NCBI GenBank assembly: GCA_964057225.1
Contig: OZ059898.1
Coordinates: 19,840,001 to 19,904,000, forward strand
DNA: 64,000 bases
Direction: 5' to 3'
From: Auanema rhodensis
Lineage: Eukaryota; Animalia; Nematoda
The notes under the pieces are model-generated. The model did no database searches. It worked only from the letters and a program-made list of their open reading frames with translations, and had not been told where the DNA came from. Position 1 is the stretch's first letter, and every line of letters begins with the position of its first letter. Position numbers and translations under genes: made by a program. This document shows, piece by piece, positions 55,801 through 64,000 of this stretch.

Positions 55801-58800
55801 ATCGTTTGAAAAATGATGCATTAGTGTATTTTGAGTTTCCATGTACACTCAACATTGCTTCCAAAAACATTTTGACAAAAATTTTTCCGAAAAATTTCAA
55901 AATAATTTCGCAAAAAGTAGATGTTTTTAGATTTTTTTTTTCAAGGCAAAGACGATGGACAATGTTATTCAACGAAAAAATTAATTCTTCAGGGTGAAAA
56001 TCGAGGATATAAGTGTGAACTTATATCAGTTGATATCTCGGTGCATTTTTAAGCTAGCGCAAATCTGATAACACAGATCGACGCAGCTTAAAAATCCGCA
56101 TCGAGTGCACTATACTACATTGAGAAACGCTTGATACAAAAATTAGTTATGATCGTTTGAAAAATGATGCATTAGTGTATTTTGAGTTTCCATGTACATT
56201 CAACATTGCTTCCAAAAACATTTTGACAAAAATTTTTCCGAAAAATTTCAAAATAATTTCGCAAAAAGTAGATGTTTTTAGATTTTTTTTTTCAAGGCAA
56301 AGACGATGGACAAGGTTATTCAACGAAAAAATTGATTCTTCAGGGTGAAAATCGAGGATATAAGTGTGAACTTATATCAGTTGATATCTCGGTGCATTTT
56401 TCAGCTAGCGCAAATCTGATAACACAGATCGACGCAGCTTAAAAATCCGCATCGAATGCACTATACTACATTGAGAAACGCTTGATACAAAAATTAGTTA
56501 TGATCGTTTGAAAAATGATGCATTAGTGTATTTTGAGTTTCCATGTACACTCAACATTGCTTCCAAAAACATTTTGACAAAAATTTTTCCGAAAAATTTC
56601 AAAATAATTTCGCAAAAAGTAGATGTTTTTAGATTTTTTTTTTCAAGGCAAAGACGATGGACAAGGTTATTCAACGAAAAAATTAATTCTTCAGGGTGAA
56701 AATCGAGGATATAAGTGTGAACTTATATCAGTTGATATCTCGGTGCATTTTTAAGCTAGCGCAAATCTGATAACACAGATCGACGCAGCTTAAAAATCCG
56801 CATCGAGTGCACTATACTACATTGAGAAACGCTTAATACAAAAATTAGTTATGATCGTTTGAAAAATGATGCATTAGTGTATTTTGAGTTTCCATGTACA
56901 CTCAACATTGCTTCCAAAAACATTTTGACAAAAATTTTTCCGAAAAATTTCAAAATAATTTCGCAAAAAGTAGATGTTTTTAGATTTTTTTTTTCAAGGC
57001 AAAGACGATGGACAAGGTTATTCAACGAAAAAATTAATTCTTCAGGGTGAAAATCGAGGATATAAGTGTGAACTTATATCAGTTGATATCTCGGTGCATT
57101 TTTAAGCTAGCGCAAATCTGATAACACAGATCGACGCAGCTTAAAAATCCGCATCGAGTGCACTATACTACATTGAGAAACGCTTGATACAAAAATTAGT
57201 TATGATTGTTTGAAAAATGATGCATTAGTGTATTTTGAGTTTCCATGTACACTCAACATTGCTTCCAAAACATTTTGACAAAAATTTTTTCGAAAAATTT
57301 CAAAATAATTTAGCAAAAAGTAGCTGTTTTTAGATTCCTTTTTTCAAGGCAAAAACGATGGACAATGTTATTCAACGAAAAAATTAATTCTTCAGGGTGA
57401 AAATCGAGGATATAAGTGTGAACTTATATCAGTTGATATCTCGGTGCATTTTTAAGCTAGCGCAAATCTGATAACACAGATCGACGCAGCTTAAAAATCC
57501 GCATCGAATGCACTATACTACATTGAGAAACGCTTGATACAAAAATTAGTTATGATCGTTTGAAAAATGATGCATTAGTGTATTTTGAGTTTCCATGTAC
57601 ACTCAACATTGCTTCCAAAAACATTTTGACAAAAATTTTTCCGAAAAATTTCAAAATAATTTCGCAAAAAGTAGATGGTTTTAGATTTTTTTTTTCAAGG
57701 CAAAGACGATGGACAAGGTTATTCAACGAAAAAATTAATTCTTCAGGGTGAAAATCGAGGATATAAGTGTGAACTTATATCAGTTGATATCTCGGTGCAT
57801 TTTCAAGCTAGCGCAAATCTAATAACACAGATCGACGCAGCTTAAAAATCCGCATCGAATGCACTATACTAAATTGAGAAACGCTTGATACAAAAATTAG
57901 TTATGACCGTTTGAAAAATGATGCATTAGTGTATTTTGAGTTTCCATGTACACTCAACATTGCTTCCAAAAACATTTTGACAAAAATTTTTTCGAAAAAT
58001 TTCAGAATAATTTCGCAAAAAGTAAATGTTTTTAGATTTCTTTTTTCAAGGCAAAGACGATGGACAATGTTATTCAACGAAAAAATTAATTCTTCAGGGT
58101 GAAAATCGAGGATATAAGTGTGAACTTATATCAGTTGATATCTCGGTGCATTTTTAAGCTAGCGCAAATCTGATAACACAGATCGACGCAGCTTAAAAAT
58201 CCGCATCGAGTGCACTATACTACATTGAGAAACGCTTGATACAAAAATTAGTTATGATCGTTTGAAAAATGATGCATTAGTGTATTTTGAGTTTCCATGT
58301 ACATTCAACATTGCTTCCAAAAACATTTTGACAAAAATTTTTCCGAAAAATTTCAAAATAATTTCGCAAAAAGTAGATGTTTTTAGATTTTTTTTTTCAA
58401 GGCAAAGACGATGGACAAGGTTATTCAACGAAAAAATTGATTCTTCAGGGTGAAAATCGAGGATATAAGTGTGAACTTATATCAGTTGATATCTCGGTGC
58501 ATTTTTCAGCTAGCGCAAATCTGATAACACAGATCGACGCAGCTTAAAAATCCGCATCGAATGCACTATACTACATTGAGAAACGCTTGATACAAAAATT
58601 AGTTATGATCGTTTGAAAAATGATGCATTAGTGTATTTTGAGTTTCCATGTACACTCAACATTGCTTCCAAAAACATTTTGACAAAAAGTTTTCCGAAAA
58701 ATTTCAAAATAATTTCGCAAAAAGTAGATGTTTAGAAATTTTTTTTCAAGGCAAAGACGATGGACAATGTTATTCAACGAAAAAATTAATTCTTCAGGGT

Positions 58801-61800
58801 GAAAATCGAGGATATAAGTGTGAACTTATATCAGTTGATATCTCGGTGCATTTTTAAGCTAGCGCAAATCTGATAACACAGATCGACGCAGCTTAAAAAT
58901 CCGCATCGAGTGCACTATACTACATTGAGAAACGCTTGATACAAAAATTAGTTATGATCGTTTGAAAAATGATGCATTAGTGTATTTTGAGTTTCCATGT
59001 ACATTCAACATTGCTTCCAAAAACATTTTGACAAAAATTTTTCCGAAAAATTTCAAAATAATTTCGCAAAAAGTAGATGTTTTTAGATTTTTTTTTTCAA
59101 GGCAAAGACGATGGACAAGGTTATTCAACGAAAAAATTGATTCTTCAGGGTGAAAATCGAGGATATAAGTGTGAACTTATATCAGTTGATATCTCGGTGC
59201 ATTTTTCAGCTAGCGCAAATCTGATAACACAGATCGACGCAGCTTAAAAATCCGCATCGAATGCACTATACTACATTGAGAAACGCTTGATACAAAAATT
59301 AGTTATGATTGTTTGAAAAATGATGCATTAGTGTATTTTGAGTTTCCATGTACACTCAACATTGCTTCCAAAACATTTTGACAAAAATTTTTTCGAAAAA
59401 TTTCAAAATAATTTAGCAAAAAGTAGCTGTTTTTAGATTCCTTTTTTCAAGGCAAAAACGATGGACAATGTTATTCAACGAAAAAATTAATTCTTCAGGG
59501 TGAAAATCGAGGATATAAGTGTGAACTTATATCAGTTGATATCTCGGTGCATTTTTAAGCTAGCGCAAATCTGATAACACAGATCGACGCAGCTTAAAAA
59601 TCCGCATCGAATGCACTATACTACATTGAGAAACGCTTGATACAAAAATTAGTTATGATCGTTTGAAAAATGATGCATTAGTGTATTTTGAGTTTCCATG
59701 TACACTCAACATTGCTTCCAAAAACATTTTGACAAAAATTTTTCCGAAAAATTTCAAAATAATTTCGCAAAAAGTAGATGGTTTTAGATTTTTTTTTTCA
59801 AGGCAAAGACGATGGACAAGGTTATTCAACGAAAAAATTAATTCTTCAGGGTGAAAATCGAGGATATAAGTGTGAACTTATATCAGTTGATATCTCGGTG
59901 CATTTTCAAGCTAGCGCAAATCTAATAACACAGATCGACGCAGCTTAAAAATCCGCATCGAATGCACTATACTAAATGGAGAAACGCTTGATACAAAAAT
60001 TAGTTATGACCGTTTGAAAAATGATGCATTAGTGTATTTTGAGTTTCCATGTACACTCAACATTGCTTCCAAAAACATTTTGACAAAAATTTTTTCGAAA
60101 AATTTCAGAATAATTTCGCAAAAAGTAAATGTTTTTAGATTTCTTTTTTCAAGGCAAAGACGATGGACAATGTTATTCAACGAAAAAATTAATTCTTCAG
60201 GGTGAAAATCGAGGATATAAGTGTGAACTTATATCAGTTGATATCTCGGTGCATTTTTAAGCTAGCGCAAATCTGATAACACAGATCGACGCAGCTTAAA
60301 AATCCGCATCGAGTGCACTATACTACATTGAGAAACGCTTGATACAAAAATTAGTTATGATCGTTTGAAAAATGATGCATTAGTGTATTTTGAGTTTCCA
60401 TGTACATTCAACATTGCTTCCAAAAACATTTTGACAAAAATTTTTCCGAAAAATTTCAAAATAATTTCGCAAAAAGTAGATGTTTTTAGATTTTTTTTTT
60501 CAAGGCAAAGACGATGGACAAGGTTATTCAACGAAAAAATTGATTCTTCAGGGTGAAAATCGAGGATATAAGTGTGAACTTATATCAGTTGATATCTCGG
60601 TGCATTTTTCAGCTAGCGCAAATCTGATAACACAGATCGACGCAGCTTAAAAATCCGCATCGAATGCACTATACTACATTGAGAAACGCTTGATACAAAA
60701 ATTAGTTATGATCGTTTGAAAAATGATGCATTAGTGTATTTTGAGTTTCCATGTACACTCAACATTGCTTCCAAAAACATTTTGACAAAAATTTTTCCGA
60801 AAAATTTCAAAATAATTTCGCAAAAAGTAGATGGTTTTAGATTTTTTTTTTCAAGGCAAAGACGATGGACAAGGTTATTCAACGAAAAAATTAATTCTTC
60901 AGGGTGAAAATCGAGGATATAAGTGTGAACTTATATCAGTTGATATCTCGGTGCATTTTCAAGCTAGCGCAAATCTAATAACACAGATCGACGCAGCTTA
61001 AAAATCCGCATCGAATGCACTATACTAAATTGAGAAACGCTTGATACAAAAATTAGTTATGACCGTTTGAAAAATGATGCATTAGTGTATTTTGAGTTTC
61101 CATGTACACTCAACATTGCTTCCAAAAACATTTTGACAAAAATTTTTTCGAAAAATTTCAGAATAATTTCGCAAAAAGTAAATGTTTTTAGATTTCTTTT
61201 TTCAAGGCAAAGACGATGGACAATGTTATTCAACGAAAAAATTAATTCTTCAGGGTGAAAATCGAGGATATAAGTGTGAACTTATATCAGTTGATATCTC
61301 GGTGCATTTTTAAGCTAGCGCAAATCTGATAACACAGATCGACGCAGCTTAAAAATCCGCATCGAGTGCACTATACTACATTGAGAAACGCTTGATACAA
61401 AAATTAGTTATGATCGTTTGAAAAATGATGCATTAGTGTATTTTGAGTTTCCATGTACATTCAACATTGCTTCCAAAAACATTTTGACAAAAATTTTTCC
61501 GAAAAATTTCAAAATAATTTCGCAAAAAGTAGATGTTTTTAGATTTTTTTTTTCAAGGCAAAGACGATGGACAAGGTTATTCAACGAAAAAATTGATTCT
61601 TCAGGGTGAAAATCGAGGATATAAGTGTGAACTTATATCAGTTGATATCTCGGTGCATTTTTCAGCTAGCGCAAATCTGATAACACAGATCGACGCAGCT
61701 TAAAAATCCGCATCGAATGCACTATACTACATTGAGAAACGCTTGATACAAAAATTAGTTATGATCGTTTGAAAAATGATGCATTAGTGTATTTTGAGTT

Positions 61801-64000
61801 TCCATGTACACTCAACATTGCTTCCAAAAACATTTTGACAAAAATTTTTCCGAAAAATTTCAAAATAATTTCGCAAAAAGTAGATGTTTAAAAATTTTTT
61901 TTCAAGGCAAAGACGATGGACAATGTTATTCAACGAAAAAATTAATTCTTCAGGGTGAAAATCGAGGATATAAGTGTGAACTTATATCAGTTGATATCTC
62001 GGTGCATTTTTAAGCTAGCGCAAATCTGATAACACAGATCGACGCAGCTTAAAAATCCGCATCGAGTGCACTATACTACATTGAGAAACGCTTGATACAA
62101 AAATTAGTTATGATCGTTTGAAAAATGATGCATTAGTGTATTTTGAGTTTCCATGTACATTCAACATTGCTTCCAAAAACATTTTGACAAAAATTTTTCC
62201 GAAAAATTTCAAAATAATTTCGCAAAAAGTAGATGTTTTTAGATTTTTTTTTTCAAGGCAAAGACGATGGACAAGGTTATTCAACGAAAAAATTGATTCT
62301 TCAGGGTGAAAATCGAGGATATAAGTGTGAACTTATATCAGTTGATATCTCGGTGCATTTTTCAGCTAGCGCAAATCTGATAACACAGATCGACGCAGCT
62401 TAAAAATCCGCATCGAATGCACTATACTACATTGAGAAACGCTTGATACAAAAATTAGTTATGATTGTTTGAAAAATGATGCATTAGTGTATTTTGAGTT
62501 TCCATGTACACTCAACATTGCTTCCAAAACATTTTGACAAAAATTTTTTCGAAAAATTTCAAAATAATTTAGCAAAAAGTAGCTGTTTTTAGATTCCTTT
62601 TTTCAAGGCAAAAACGATGGACAATGTTATTCAACGAAAAAATTAATTCTTCAGGGTGAAAATCGAGGATATAAGTGTGAACTTATATCAGTTGATATCT
62701 CGGTGCATTTTTAAGCTAGCGCAAATCTGATAACACAGATCGACGCAGCTTAAAAATCCGCATCGAGTGCACTATACTACATTGAGAAACGCTTGATACA
62801 AAAATTAGTTATGATCGTTTGAAAAATGATGCATTAGTGTATTTTGAGTTTCCATGTACATTCAACATTGCTTCCAAAAACATTTTGACAAAAATTTTTC
62901 CGAAAAATTTCAAAATAATTTCGCAAAAAGTAGATGTTTTTAGATTTTTTTTTTCAAGGCAAAGACGATGGACAAGGTTATTCAACGAAAAAATTGATTC
63001 TTCAGGGTGAAAATCGAGGATATAAGTGTGAACTTATATCAGTTGATATCTCGGTGCATTTTTCAGCTAGCGCAAATCTGATAACACAGATCGACGCAGC
63101 TTAAAAATCCGCATCGAATGCACTATACTACATTGAGAAACGCTTGATACAAAAATTAGTTATGATCGTTTGAAAAATGATGCATTAGTGTATTTTGAGT
63201 TTCCATGTACACTCAACATTGCTTCCAAAAACATTTTGACAAAAATTTTTCCGAAAAATTTCAAAATAATTTCGCAAAAAGTAGATGTTTAAAAATTTTT
63301 TTTCAAGGCAAAGACGATGGACAATGTTATTCAACGAAAAAATTAATTCTTCAGGGTGAAAATCGAGGATATAAGTGTGAACTTATATCAGTTGATATCT
63401 CGGTGCATTTTTAAGCTAGCGCAAATCTGATAACACAGATCGACGCAGCTTAAAAATCCGCATCGAGTGCACTATACTACATTGAGAAACGCTTGATACA
63501 AAAATTAGTTATGATCGTTTGAAAAATGATGCATTAGTGTATTTTGAGTTTCCATGTACATTCAACATTGCTTCCAAAAACATTTTGACAAAAATTTTTC
63601 CGAAAAATTTCAAAATAATTTCGCAAAAAGTAGATGTTTTTAGATTTTTTTTTTCAAGGCAAAGACGATGGACAAGGTTATTCAACGAAAAAATTGATTC
63701 TTCAGGGTGAAAATCGAGGATATAAGTGTGAACTTATATCAGTTGATATCTCGGTGCATTTTTCAGCTAGCGCAAATCTGATAACACAGATCGACGCAGC
63801 TTAAAAATCCGCATCGAATGCACTATACTACATTGAGAAACGCTTGATACAAAAATTAGTTATGATTGTTTGAAAAATGATGCATTAGTGTATTTTGAGT
63901 TTCCATGTACACTCAACATTGCTTCCAAAACATTTTGACAAAAATTTTTTCGAAAAATTTCAAAATAATTTAGCAAAAAGTAGCTGTTTTTAGATTCCTT
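49888..64000 (-). repeat. 351-bp tandem satellite array, inverted orientation (~40 monomers of 349-351 bp; open at right window edge)
   Basis: Reverse complement of the first family (CAGTTGATATCTCGGTGC, GATATAAGTGTGAACTTATATC); starts at CATGTACACTCAAC (49888). The 351-bp spacing of the repeated pseudo-ORFs (e.g. 54054/54405, 56157/56508/56859) confirms the period. Confidence 0.99.

Noticed and set aside
54054-63710. Many 63-69 aa ORFs (MKNDALVYFEF..., MYTQHCF...), also at 20687-38711 on the minus strand
   Set aside because: They are the same stretch of the 351-bp monomer, opened or closed by single substitutions (TAG/TCG) or homopolymer indels. Many start at TTG, they are K/F/N/I-biased from A/T tracts, and no domain is recognisable.
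1-64000. CRISPR-like array (regular hairpin-containing repeats)
   Set aside because: The sequence between hairpins is near-identical rather than unique spacers, the periods of 180/351 bp are too long, and there are no cas genes.
25950-64000. Sequencing or assembly fold-back artefact explaining the palindrome
   Set aside because: The arms are not exact mirrors: junction registers, monomer order and dominant variants differ, and the pivot has distinct sequence. A mis-join cannot be fully excluded without reads.
1-64000. Assignment to a named satellite family or species; tRNA, 5S rRNA or telomeric repeats
   Set aside because: I do not recognise the consensuses with confidence. No cloverleaf, 5S or telomere motifs are visible; a database search is required.

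Overview
The whole 64 kb window is AT-rich tandem satellite DNA of eukaryotic type. I found no credible gene, RNA gene, CRISPR array or transposase. Two satellite families sit in a nested, mirror-like order. (1) A 351-bp satellite on + from 1 to 39622: 113 full monomers plus a 64-bp partial, about 30% GC by hand count of monomer 1. (2) A ~180-bp satellite with 176/181/182-bp subtypes on + from 39624 to 44957 (~30 monomers). (3) A ~34-bp pivot. (4) The same ~180-bp satellite inverted, 44992-49887 (~27 monomers). (5) The 351-bp satellite inverted, 49888-64000 (~40 monomers, open at the window edge). The result is a two-family macro-palindrome centred near 44975. It is not an exact fold-back: the two inter-family junctions lie in different monomer registers and the two 351-bp arms carry different dominant variants, while the two 180-bp arms share a mirrored haplotype block. 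The 351-bp monomer contains several short inverted repeats, shares a ~28-bp motif with the 180-bp family, and shows local higher-order duplications and in-register recombinant monomers. All listed ORFs are by-products of the repeats. I cannot name the organism or the satellite families from sequence alone.
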